From a virus (lineage: Duplodnaviria > Caudoviricetes), in IMG/VR virus record IMGVR_UViG_3300047290_000027, positions 1 to 36,126 of that record: a stretch of 36,126 nt of DNA; one strand, written 5' to 3'. Made by a program: the position numbers and the translations under genes. The notes under the pieces were generated by a model that ran no database searches, was not told the DNA's origin, and saw only the letters and a list, made by a program, of their open reading frames with translations. Below, one piece after another: positions 1 through 8,181 of the stretch; within the stretch, counting starts at the first letter, position 1; each line of letters starts with the position of its first letter.

Positions 1-144
1 ACGAACAATGGGCCAAGACCCGCAAAGCCTGGTGCAGCGGGAAGAGTTTCTAACAACACTGAGGCATTGCGAGCACAACAGCGTCTTGCGAAAACTGGCC
101 GTGTCGATGACGCGGCTGATGCAATCTACAAACTCTTGAAATAA
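1..144 (+). CDS. C-terminal fragment of capsid scaffolding protein (same gene as 34826..35818)
   Basis: Positions 1-127 are identical to 35675-35801; frame reads TNNGPRPAKPG...DAADAIYKLLK, TAA at 142-144. Confidence 0.9.
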   Translation, partial: TNNGPRPAKPGAAGRVSNNTEALRAQQRLAKTGRVDDAADAIYKLLK

Positions 145-451
145 GGAAAAATCATGTCTATCGTAAGTAACACATTTACAACCTATAGTGCTAAAGGCAT
201 TCGGGAAGATCTTTCAAATGTAATAACAAATATTGCACCGGAAGAAACTCCATACCAAAGTAATATTGGCCGTGAAACCGTCAGCAATACTTTGTTTGAG
301 TGGCAGACCGACACACTGGCAGATGCAGCTGCAAATGCTCAGTTGGAAGGTGATGACGTTGGCACATTCGATTCAGTCACCGCGACTGTCCGTCTGACCA
401 ACTATGCACAGATCGCACGCAAAACCATTGTCCTATCGAACACTGAAGAAG
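1..451. repeat. Terminal direct repeat, left copy (partner 35675..36126); exact for 127 bp, then divergent
   Basis: Direct comparison of both ends; first mismatch at 128 (A) vs 35802 (T); sequences re-converge at TCGAACACTGAAGAAG. Confidence 0.95.
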
Positions 452-1116
452 TGGTCAACAAGGCTGGCCGCCGTTCTGAACTGGCATACCAGATCGCCAA
501 GCGCGGTTCTGAACTCAAGCGCGACCAAGAATTCATTTTCTTGAATGGCGGTATTGCTGTTGCCGGCAACACTACCACTGCCCGCGTGACTGCATCCTTG
601 GGTGCATTCGTCAAAACCAATACCGACAAGCAAACAAACGGTACAGACCCCAGCTACACCACATTGCCAAACAGTGCGCGTACTGACGGCAACGTGCGTA
701 CTTTCACTGAAACCATTCTGAAGAGTGTGATTCAGAAAGTATGGACTGCTGGCGGCACTCCGAAAATCCTGATGGTTGGCCCTGTCAACAAGCAGCGTGT
801 TTCCGGTTTCTCTGGTATCGCCTCTCAGCGTTACAACATCAATGGTGGTGATCGTCCTGCCACTTTGATCGGCGCTGTTGACATCTACGTCAGCGACTTT
901 GGTCAAGTGTCTGTTATCGCTAACCGCTTCCAGCGCGAGCGTGATGCATGGGTACTTGATCCTGAGTACGCAAAGATGACCGTTCTTCGTCCATACCAGC
1001 AAGTCGAATTGGCAAAAACAGGTGACGCTGAGAAGCGTATGCTGTTGATCGAATTCGGCCACAAGGTACTGGCTGAAAATGCTCACGGTCTGGCAGCAGA
1101 CTTGATCACTTCTTAA
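154..1116 (+). CDS. Major capsid protein (DUF5309/SU10-type, HK97 fold)
   Basis: 320 aa; N-terminal G-REDLS-VI-NI-PEETP and FEWQTD-L motifs, C-terminal LAKTGDAEKR; directly after scaffold gene; AAGGA RBS. Confidence 0.9.
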   Translation: MSIVSNTFTTYSAKGIREDLSNVITNIAPEETPYQSNIGRETVSNTLFEWQTDTLADAAANAQLEGDDVGTFDSVTATVRLTNYAQIARKTIVLSNTEEVVNKAGRRSELAYQIAKRGSELKRDQEFIFLNGGIAVAGNTTTARVTASLGAFVKTNTDKQTNGTDPSYTTLPNSARTDGNVRTFTETILKSVIQKVWTAGGTPKILMVGPVNKQRVSGFSGIASQRYNINGGDRPATLIGAVDIYVSDFGQVSVIANRFQRERDAWVLDPEYAKMTVLRPYQQVELAKTGDAEKRMLLIEFGHKVLAENAHGLAADLITS

Positions 1117-1132
1117 TCAACTAAGAGGAAAA

Positions 1133-1154
1133 GGGGGAGGAGAAATCCTCCCCT
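1133..1154 (+). promoter_or_regulatory. GC-rich hairpin with GAAA tetraloop after the capsid gene (mRNA stabiliser/attenuator)
   Basis: GGGGAGGA-GAAA-TCCTCCCC; no U-tract. Confidence 0.55.
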
Positions 1155-1160
1155 ACTTAC

Positions 1161-1475
1161 ATGGAAAAACGATTTTTTGATGCAAACCCCGAGAAGGGGA
1201 TCACCCGCACCTGGCACTACAACGAGGACACTGATGAGGCAACGATTCAGACAACGCAGGACTTGACTGCCGTCATCGAGGCCAACAAGCGAGACTTTGC
1301 TGCTACTGACAATAGAGCGAACTGGAAGGGTGAATGGCACCACGTTGCCAGCATCCCTGAGTCGATCTACTTTCAGTTAAAGGCCGAGGGCAAATTGGAT
1401 GATCCGGTTTACATGAAAAAATGGTTGAACGATCCCGACAACAGGTTCTTTAGAGTAAGGCCAGGACAGGTATGA
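1161..1475 (+). CDS. Hypothetical head-associated protein
   Basis: 104 aa between MCP and adaptor; C-terminal KKWLNDPDNRFFRVRPG; ATGA overlap with next gene. Confidence 0.8.
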   Translation: MEKRFFDANPEKGITRTWHYNEDTDEATIQTTQDLTAVIEANKRDFAATDNRANWKGEWHHVASIPESIYFQLKAEGKLDDPVYMKKWLNDPDNRFFRVRPGQV

Positions 1476-2125
1476 AATACATTGCAGTCTGCACGCCAGC
1501 GCGTGACATGGTTCATACCAATTACACCTATTGCATGGTCAATATGGTGGCGTACCACACGCTGAACACCACTGATGCTGTCAGCCTCAAGATATTGCAA
1601 GGTACGCTCATCCAGAATCAACGTGCTGACTTGTGCCTTGATGCAATGCGTGAAGGATGCAGCCACATACTTTTCATTGATTCCGACATGACATTCCCGC
1701 AGGACATGATCCAGCGGCTGCTGGCGCATGACGTGGATATTGTGGCGACCAACTGCGCCAGGCGCAGGATGCCCACAGGGCCGACCGCGCAGAACTATGA
1801 CGAGAATGGCAAGCGCCAACAGGTTTACACCATGCCCGAATCCACTGGCTTAGAAGAGGTTGGCTCAGTTGGCACTGGCGTGATGCTGATCAAGCGCGAA
1901 GTGTTCCAAGGAATGTCTGAGCCATGGTTCGATATGCCATGGCAGTACGACACTCGCGGCTACATGGGCGAGGATGTCTTCTTCTGCAAGAAGGCTCAAG
2001 AATTGGGTTTCAAGGTGTATATTGACCATGATGTCTCAAAAGAAATTGGACACATTGGCACGTTTGAATTCCGGCATGAACACACATGGGTCATGAAGGA
2101 ACAGCTTGAAAAAGAGGCAGTCTAA
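1472..2125 (+). CDS. GT-A fold (GT2-like) glycosyltransferase
   Basis: HILFIDSD (DxD), VGTGVMLIKREVF, MGEDVFFC, IGHIG motifs. Confidence 0.8.
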   Translation: MKYIAVCTPARDMVHTNYTYCMVNMVAYHTLNTTDAVSLKILQGTLIQNQRADLCLDAMREGCSHILFIDSDMTFPQDMIQRLLAHDVDIVATNCARRRMPTGPTAQNYDENGKRQQVYTMPESTGLEEVGSVGTGVMLIKREVFQGMSEPWFDMPWQYDTRGYMGEDVFFCKKAQELGFKVYIDHDVSKEIGHIGTFEFRHEHTWVMKEQLEKEAV

Positions 2126-2755
2126 ATGGCATTGACCACCTATACCGAACTCAAATCATCACTGGCTGATTGGCTCAACCGTACTGATTTGACTTCTGTT
2201 ATTGCTGACTTCATCAGCCTGGCAGAGGCACAGATGGAGCGCCAGCTGCGTACACGTCAAATGATTGTGCGTGCCACTGCATCCTTTGCAGCTGCCGCCG
2301 AGTACGGCACCGTACCTGATGACTTCTTGGAAACCAAGTCCATCAAGCTGGATACTAATCCGGTGACATCGCTGACATTCCAAACCATTGAGGCGATGGA
2401 TCAACTATCGAACACCACCTACTTGTCCAGCGGTAAACCACTGTACTTTACGGTGGTGGGCAATCAATTTAGGTTGCTACCGATTCCTGATGGCGCGTAT
2501 ACCGCCGACTTGGTTTACTACGCTAAGTTGACCAAATTGTCATCTACTGTCGCAACCAACTGGCTGCTGACTCAAGCGCCGGACGTTTACCTGTACGGTG
2601 CGCTGTTGCAAGCTGCGCCTTACTTGCAGGATGATGCGAGAATCTCAGTATGGTCATCTTTATACCTGGCTGGCTTAGATCAGCTGCAAGTTGCTGATGA
2701 CCGTGGTTCAACCTCTGGCGGCGCTCTGTTGGCGCGTGCAAGGACATTCGGATGA
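2126..2755 (+). CDS. Head-tail adaptor / tail tubular protein
   Basis: 209 aa; N-terminal Y-EL---LADWLNR-DL----FI-LAE and NWLL--APD-YLYGAL motifs typical of podovirus adaptors; synteny. Confidence 0.7.
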   Translation: MALTTYTELKSSLADWLNRTDLTSVIADFISLAEAQMERQLRTRQMIVRATASFAAAAEYGTVPDDFLETKSIKLDTNPVTSLTFQTIEAMDQLSNTTYLSSGKPLYFTVVGNQFRLLPIPDGAYTADLVYYAKLTKLSSTVATNWLLTQAPDVYLYGALLQAAPYLQDDARISVWSSLYLAGLDQLQVADDRGSTSGGALLARARTFG

Positions 2756-2940
2756 TAGTCACCACCACCAAAGGCGAGATGGACGATTCATTGCTGGAGA
2801 AGCGTGAAGGTTCATTGGACAACGACACCGAGACAACAAGTTGGGTAGAGTACTGGCTGGATGGTGAAATGGTTCACCGATCTGTCCACATGGCGCTCAA
2901 GCGCAGTGTGTTTGCTGATGGTGTTACCCAACAAATTTAA
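2752..2940 (+). CDS. Hypothetical small virion-region protein
   Basis: 62 aa, ATGA overlap with adaptor gene. Confidence 0.75.
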   Translation: MIVTTTKGEMDDSLLEKREGSLDNDTETTSWVEYWLDGEMVHRSVHMALKRSVFADGVTQQI

Positions 2941-2950
2941 GGAATAGATC

Positions 2951-3406
2951 ATGGCAAATACTCAGGCAATGTGTACCAGTTTCAAGGGCGAGCTACTTGT
3001 CGGCCACCACAATTTTGGCACTGGCGTTATTCGCGCTGCGACCACAGCCGACACGTTCAAGGCTGCCTTGTACTTGGCCTCTGCTACCGTTAGCGCGTCC
3101 ACAACAGCCTACAGCGCCACCAATGAGGTGTCAGGCACTGGCTACACCGCAGGCGGCGTGACGGTCACCTTTGGCACTGCGCCAAGCACCAGCGGCACTA
3201 CAGCGTTTGTCACGCCAAGCGCCAGCATTACCTATTCATCAGTGACATTGGGTACAGCCTTTGATGCAGTCCTGATTTACAACTCGACTCAGTCAAACAA
3301 AGCGGTTAGCGTGCATACCTTTGGCAGCCAGACCGTGACTGCCGGTACGTTCACGCTGACCATGCCTACCAATGACGCAAGCACCGGCCTGATCAGGCTG
3401 GCTTAA
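2951..3406 (+). CDS. Thr/Ala/Ser-rich putative virion structural protein
   Basis: 151 aa, AAGGA RBS, FKAALY / EVSGTGYTAGG motifs, beta-rich composition. Confidence 0.7.
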   Translation: MANTQAMCTSFKGELLVGHHNFGTGVIRAATTADTFKAALYLASATVSASTTAYSATNEVSGTGYTAGGVTVTFGTAPSTSGTTAFVTPSASITYSSVTLGTAFDAVLIYNSTQSNKAVSVHTFGSQTVTAGTFTLTMPTNDASTGLIRLA

Positions 3407-3421
3407 TTAAGGGGCAGCGGC

Positions 3422-4249
3422 ATGGCTGCATATGGCTCTGGCCCTTATGGATACGGCGCGTGGGGCATAGGCGTTGTAATTCTCAATGGAAATTCATCTA
3501 CTGGTAATGTCGGCACTGTTGTTTTTACAAAAACAGCGGCTATTTCTGGTAACTCATCAACTGCATCAGTTGGTAGTCTGCTCGTCAATATTTCAATCCA
3601 AGAGGATGGAACAATTGCAACAGGTAATGTCGGATCATTAGCATCACAGCGTACTTTTGGGATTACAGGTAACTCATCAGCCTTATCGGTTGGATCAGTT
3701 GCGCCATCCATAGTAATTCAAGAGGATGGGAATGTATCAACTCTTTCAGTTGGTACGGTTACACAATTTAGAACAGTTGCTGTTATAGGCAATGCTGCAA
3801 CTCTGTCAGTTGGAACACTTGCACCAGTTACATCAATTGCTGAAGATGGGAATTCATCAACCTTGTTGGTTGGCACAGTTGGAGTAACACGGTCTAAGGC
3901 AATTACTGGTAATTCGGCCATAGGTGCTGTTGATACGGTATCAGCTGAGGTCATCTCATTCCAAGACATTACTGGAGTTGATGGAACAGGCGCTGTTGGA
4001 TCAATTGCTGGTTTAACCGTTGAAGTTGCGATAATTGGCGTTGAGTCTGCTGGCGCTGTTGGCACACTGATCGGCTTTGGCTGGGGTGCAGTGCCTGATT
4101 CAAGCGAGACATGGACGGCACAGTCTGATTTCAGCGAGACATGGACACCAGTTGCGGATTCCTCTGGCAGCTGGACACCAGGTTCTGATACCTCAGAATC
4201 TTGGACAGATTTAGCAGACAATTCAATCACTTGGCAAGAAGCCGCGTAA
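3422..4249 (+). CDS. Repeat-rich putative tail/virion appendage protein
   Basis: 275 aa; ~20-aa GN-S-T-(L/G)-VG-(V/L) repeats and C-terminal 10-aa Trp repeats. Confidence 0.75.
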   Translation: MAAYGSGPYGYGAWGIGVVILNGNSSTGNVGTVVFTKTAAISGNSSTASVGSLLVNISIQEDGTIATGNVGSLASQRTFGITGNSSALSVGSVAPSIVIQEDGNVSTLSVGTVTQFRTVAVIGNAATLSVGTLAPVTSIAEDGNSSTLLVGTVGVTRSKAITGNSAIGAVDTVSAEVISFQDITGVDGTGAVGSIAGLTVEVAIIGVESAGAVGTLIGFGWGAVPDSSETWTAQSDFSETWTPVADSSGSWTPGSDTSESWTDLADNSITWQEAA

Positions 4250-4262
4250 AGGGGATTAAAAA

Positions 4263-5309
4263 ATGGCAGATACCACCACCACCAACCTACTGCTGACAAA
4301 GCCCGAGGTTGGCGCTAGTACAGATACATGGGGTACAAAGATTAACACCGATCTGGATACATTGGATGCAGTATTTAAGGCTGATGGTACAGGTACATCA
4401 GTTGGCCTGAATGTTGGCTCTGGTAAGACATTGACAGTTGCTGGTACAGCAAAATTTGCGGGTTCAACATCAGGAACAACTACAGTACAAGCGACAGCAG
4501 TTGCTGGTACTACTACTTTGACGCTTCCAGCAGCTACAGACACATTGGTTGGTAAGGCTACAACTGATACGCTTACAAATAAGACTTTGACAAGTCCAGT
4601 AATTAGCACAATTACAAATACTGGTACTTTGACTCTTCCAACAAGCACAGATACATTAGTTGGTAGAGCAACTACTGATACGCTCACAAATAAAACGCTG
4701 ACAACACCAAATATCAATTCAGCACAAGTTGCCACTGTCTCAGGAACTGCTCCTTTGTATATGTGTCGTGCATGGGTAAACTTTAATGGAACTGGAAATG
4801 GAACTTTTGCTGGCGGTACATCTACTGTTAGTAGAACAGCAGGAAGTACAACTGCCACAGTAACAACAACAAATTCTCATGGATTAATTACAGGTAACAG
4901 TGTTTCGGCTTTGACAGGTGTTGTTGCTGGCGTTTATACAGTTACTGTATTAACTGCAACAACATTCACAATTACAACTGTTGCAACAACTGTTTTAACT
5001 GCCGCATCAATTACATTTGCAGTTAATACCATTCGTGCAAGTGGTAATGTGTCTAGTATTTCAGATAATGGGACTGGTGATTACACAGTAAACTTTACGA
5101 CTGCTATGAGTGATGCTAATTATGCAGTTACGTTTGGGGCTGTTTCTGTTGCGGCAACAGATACTCGTAACCTGTTACAAATTAAAGGTACTTTGGCGGG
5201 AGGGGCTACAACCATGACTACCTCTGCTGTGCGAATTCAAGGTGGCGACACCGCAAACGCAAATGCTCCTGCTGACAGCGCACTTCTTTGTGTTTCTATT
5301 TTTGGCTGA
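4263..5309 (+). CDS. Tail fibre protein
   Basis: N-terminal [16 protein letters not shown] anchor, [10 protein letters not shown] repeats, RAWVNFNG...[17 protein letters not shown]-terminal module. Confidence 0.8.
   Translation: MADTTTTNLLLTKPEVGASTDTWGTKINTDLDTLDAVFKADGTGTSVGLNVGSGKTLTVAGTAKFAGSTSGTTTVQATAVAGTTTLTLPAATDTLVGKATTDTLTNKTLTSPVISTITNTGTLTLPTSTDTLVGRATTDTLTNKTLTTPNINSAQVATVSGTAPLYMCRAWVNFNGTGNGTFAGGTSTVSRTAGSTTATVTTTNSHGLITGNSVSALTGVVAGVYTVTVLTATTFTITTVATTVLTAASITFAVNTIRASGNVSSISDNGTGDYTVNFTTAMSDANYAVTFGAVSVAATDTRNLLQIKGTLAGGATTMTTSAVRIQGGDTANANAPADSALLCVSIFG
4515..4709 (+). repeat. Two 84-bp (28-aa) intragenic repeats in the tail fibre (4515-4598, 4626-4709)
   Basis: [28 protein letters not shown] vs [28 protein letters not shown]. 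Confidence 0.9.
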
Positions 5310-5318
5310 AAGAAACTT

Positions 5319-5522
5319 ATGACCAAACGAATCATTTACCCAACAGATGAAGGCGGCGTAGCTGTCATCACTCCCACACCTGAGTGGCTTGCCGAAGAAG
5401 GCAACACAATAGAGAAACTTGCGGAAAAAGATGTTCCTGCTGGCAAACCTTTCAAGATCATTGATATAACAGATGTTCCATCAGACCGCACATTCCGCGA
5501 TGCTTGGGAGTACACAGCATGA
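5319..5522 (+). CDS. Tail-fibre assembly-like protein (N-terminal part)
   Basis: 67 aa; KDVPAGKPFKII-...P-DR-FR-AW motif; follows fibre gene. Confidence 0.65.
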   Translation: MTKRIIYPTDEGGVAVITPTPEWLAEEGNTIEKLAEKDVPAGKPFKIIDITDVPSDRTFRDAWEYTA

Positions 5523-5740
5523 TTACCATCAATATTGACAAAGCCAAGACCATTGCTCACGATAAGCGCAGAGATGCGCGTTCTGCTGAGTTTGCACCAT
5601 TGGACATCAAGGCAACCATTCCATCTGAGGTAACAGCGGCAGAAGCTGCAAGGCAAGTTGTGCGTGACAAATATGCCGCCATGCAGACTGCAATTGATGC
5701 ATCTACAACAGTTGACGAAATCAAATTGGCTATGTTATGA
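5519..5740 (+). CDS. Tail-fibre assembly-like protein (C-terminal part)
   Basis: Start reassigned to ATG 5519 (ATGA overlap); MITINIDKAK-IAH--RR. Confidence 0.65.
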   Translation: MITINIDKAKTIAHDKRRDARSAEFAPLDIKATIPSEVTAAEAARQVVRDKYAAMQTAIDASTTVDEIKLAML

Positions 5741-5928
5741 GTTTAGAAACAGATTTCTACGCGCACCAAGCATCTTGTGATCAGCGATACAAGAACATTG
5801 AGGAGAAGCTGGAGTCCGGTAAGGCTCGCATGACGCGGATTGAGTACCTGATCTACATTGTCATCGCTTCAGTTTTGCTCGGGCCAGGATTCGCTGCTCA
5901 AATGGTTTCCAAGCTGCTGGGACTATAA
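5737..5928 (+). CDS. Small coiled-coil + single-TM protein (holin/lysis accessory candidate)
   Basis: 63 aa; H---C--RY coiled coil then hydrophobic YLIYIVIASVLLG. Confidence 0.65.
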   Translation: MSLETDFYAHQASCDQRYKNIEEKLESGKARMTRIEYLIYIVIASVLLGPGFAAQMVSKLLGL

Positions 5929-6630
5929 ATTGATCCAATCACGCTATGTCTCATGGCCGCTGGAATCTGTAAGCAGATTCAGGCAGGCTGTGATTTATAC
6001 CGTGAATGCAAAACGCAGTTTGTTGAGATAAAAAAAACAGGTGAAGAAGCTATTGCAATTGGGAAAGAGGCATATGGATTCTGGAAACAGTTCCTGCAAT
6101 TCTTTTCCGGCAAGCCAAAACAGCAACAAGCCAAGCCGGTAGCAGCAAAGAAGAAGAAAGAAAAGTTCGTTGAGGTAGATGAAGAGGAAATACTGAATGA
6201 CGTTGTAGATCAGCTCATTCAGTTTTTCCACTTGCAGCAGCAGCTCGCCGACCATATCCGCGAAAGTGAGGAGCAGTCCAGAACAGTCTACGATCCTGAC
6301 GCTAATCTGTTTGAAGCGGCCATCAAGCGCGTGAGGGCGCAAGACCAGATGCAAAAACTGGTGGAGGACATCAGGATGGCGATGACGTGGAATGCGCCTT
6401 CTGAACTTGGTGCCTTGTACAGCAAGGTCATGGAGATGCGTGAGATTGTTGGCGCAGAACAGGAGGCCGCTAGGCTGGCGCAGGAGTCAAAGGCTGAGAG
6501 GAAGCGATGGCAACGTCAGCAAAGGGAAGCAAGCCAACGGTTAAAGTTGGGAGTAAGCGTCCTGACCCTTATTCTTATTCTGTACCTATGGAGCCTGTTT
6601 TTCGTGCTGACGCACCAGAGGATCACATGA
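5929..6630 (+). CDS. Coiled-coil protein with C-terminal TM helix; probable ATT start at 5929 (first ATG 5953)
   Basis: In-frame ATT GAT CCA ATC ACG CTA directly after upstream TAA; C-terminal LGVSVLTLILILYLWSLFFVL. Confidence 0.7.
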   Translation: MDPITLCLMAAGICKQIQAGCDLYRECKTQFVEIKKTGEEAIAIGKEAYGFWKQFLQFFSGKPKQQQAKPVAAKKKKEKFVEVDEEEILNDVVDQLIQFFHLQQQLADHIRESEEQSRTVYDPDANLFEAAIKRVRAQDQMQKLVEDIRMAMTWNAPSELGALYSKVMEMREIVGAEQEAARLAQESKAERKRWQRQQREASQRLKLGVSVLTLILILYLWSLFFVLTHQRIT

Positions 6631-6851
6631 TGGGAGCAGTGGGCTGGATAGTTTCGGTAATTCTTGTTGCCTTGATGCTGCCACTGTTGGCGTTTATGCT
6701 GCTGGACACCTTAGAGCAAAAACAAGAGGTGAAACAACAGTTAGAAAAAGTGGAAAAATTACGCCGTGAGATTGAAAGGAAAAACCGTGACAAGACTCCT
6801 GATTCCATTACTGATAATCCTGTGTTTGACAGGGTGCGAAGACCGTTTTAG
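6627..6851 (+). CDS. N-terminal TM + coiled-coil protein (i-spanin-like)
   Basis: Start reassigned to ATG 6627 (ATGA overlap); AVGWIVSVILVALMLPLLAFMLL then EQKQEVKQQLEKVEKL. Confidence 0.6.
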   Translation: MMGAVGWIVSVILVALMLPLLAFMLLDTLEQKQEVKQQLEKVEKLRREIERKNRDKTPDSITDNPVFDRVRRPF

Positions 6852-6966
6852 GTATCCATGCCAAGACCCTAAGAATTGGGACAATCCAGAATGCAAACCT
6901 CCGATCTGCACCGCCACTGCGACTTGTCCAGATCAACTTGTTAAACCCGAACCGGAGAAAAAGTGA
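6787..6966 (+). CDS. Small lipoprotein (o-spanin-like)
   Basis: GTG start after AAGGA; signal peptide with lipobox LTG-C; Pro/Cys-rich mature part. Confidence 0.7.
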   Translation: MTRLLIPLLIILCLTGCEDRFRYPCQDPKNWDNPECKPPICTATATCPDQLVKPEPEKK

Positions 6967-7286
6967 TGCCTACAGTTGGATATAAACAAAGCAATCGTTT
7001 GACCGCCGAAGAGATTGAGGTTCGCATTTGGGCAATCGTTATCTTTTCTCTGACCATGATTTTGCTTGGCTCTGTTGCCATGTTCCTCTACAGCGTGTCT
7101 TTTGTGACGCAACCCATGTCCGGTATGGCCGCCATCGATAAGGTGTACACGCAACAGATCAATACCATCATGGTGTTCATCACCGGTGTGCTGGGTGGTG
7201 TTGCAGGCCGTTCTGCTGTCTCTGCCAGCGCCAAGGCGATTGCCAAGGCTGATGCCTCTGACAATGATGAGCCGCCAGCGCCATGA
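6963..7286 (+). CDS. Two-TM holin-like protein
   Basis: Two hydrophobic helices (IWAIVIFSLTMILLGSVAMFLYSV; TIMVFITGVLGGVAG); upstream of Rz and endolysin. Confidence 0.6.
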   Translation: MMPTVGYKQSNRLTAEEIEVRIWAIVIFSLTMILLGSVAMFLYSVSFVTQPMSGMAAIDKVYTQQINTIMVFITGVLGGVAGRSAVSASAKAIAKADASDNDEPPAP

Positions 7287-7756
7287 GCGTATTTAATCCA
7301 TACGTCCTGATAGGCATCGCCTTGGCGGTGCTTTCAGCCTTTGGTGGTGGATACTACAAGGGCAAGGACGCTGAGTACCAGCGCCAACAGCTGGAGATTG
7401 CCGCGTTGAACGCCAAGGCCAGGGAGACTGAGAAGGCCATGGCGCAAGTGGCGCAGAGTTACGGTGACACATTACGAAAGGCGAATAATGTTGCAAGGGT
7501 TAAAGAGACAAAGTTGCGCGCTGATATTGCTAGCGGTGAACGCAAGCTGTTCATTCCTGTCAAAGCCGCCGAGTGCGCCGTATCAGCCGCCACAGATACC
7601 GCCGCTGCCGGTGGAGATCACAGCGGAACAGCATCAGCCGAACTTGACCGAAAGACTGCTGACGATCTTGTCGCCATCGCCGCCGAAGGAGATGCCGCCA
7701 TCCGAAAGCTCAACGCCTGCATCCAAACCTACGAACAAATGAGGACCATGAAATGA
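7283..7756 (+). CDS. Rz-like inner-membrane spanin
   Basis: N-terminal TM, coiled coil, C-terminal AELD---A--L-AIA-EGD-AIR-LNAC; contains nested lipoprotein ORF. Confidence 0.75.
   Translation: MSVFNPYVLIGIALAVLSAFGGGYYKGKDAEYQRQQLEIAALNAKARETEKAMAQVAQSYGDTLRKANNVARVKETKLRADIASGERKLFIPVKAAECAVSAATDTAAAGGDHSGTASAELDRKTADDLVAIAAEGDAAIRKLNACIQTYEQMRTMK
7488..7742 (+). CDS. Rz1-like outer-membrane spanin nested in +1 frame of Rz
   Basis: ATG 7488 after GAAAGG; MLQGLKRQSCALILLAVNAS-C signal-like segment, then Pro-rich sequence; lipobox is non-canonical. Confidence 0.6.
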   Translation: MLQGLKRQSCALILLAVNASCSFLSKPPSAPYQPPQIPPLPVEITAEQHQPNLTERLLTILSPSPPKEMPPSESSTPASKPTNK

Positions 7757-8181
7757 ATCTATCACCAAGTTTTACCCTTGAGGAATTAACCCATACAGAT
7801 CACCGCGAGTTTGATAATTTGCCAAACGAAGAGGAATTAGCCAATCTGTACCGTTTGGCTGAATTCTTGGAACAGGTCAAGGTTGTGCTTGGCGGTAAAC
7901 CGATTATTGTCAATTCTGCATTCAGATCAAAAGCCGTTAATGATGCAGTGAAATCATCTGACAAATCACAACATAGACGGGGTTGTGCAGCCGATATTCG
8001 TGTGCCAGGCATGACACCAGACGAAGTCGTTAAGGCCATCATTGGCTCTGATCTGGAATACGATCAGGTCATTCGTGAGTTTGACCGCTGGACTCATATC
8101 AGTATTCCTAATACTGAAGATGCCGATCCTCGCGCCATGGCTTTGATCATTGACAAGACCGGCACAAGAGCGTTTGCATAA
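7753..8181 (+). CDS. Endolysin, peptidase M15A family Zn peptidase
   Basis: NLS--FTLEEL, SAFRS--VN, SQH--G-AADI, WTHIS Zn-ligand motifs. Confidence 0.85.
   Translation: MNLSPSFTLEELTHTDHREFDNLPNEEELANLYRLAEFLEQVKVVLGGKPIIVNSAFRSKAVNDAVKSSDKSQHRRGCAADIRVPGMTPDEVVKAIIGSDLEYDQVIREFDRWTHISIPNTEDADPRAMALIIDKTGTRAFA

Noticed and set aside
3445-4858. Long minus-strand ORFs opposite the tail genes
   Set aside because: Shadow ORFs caused by low-complexity Thr/Val/Gly codons on the coding strand.
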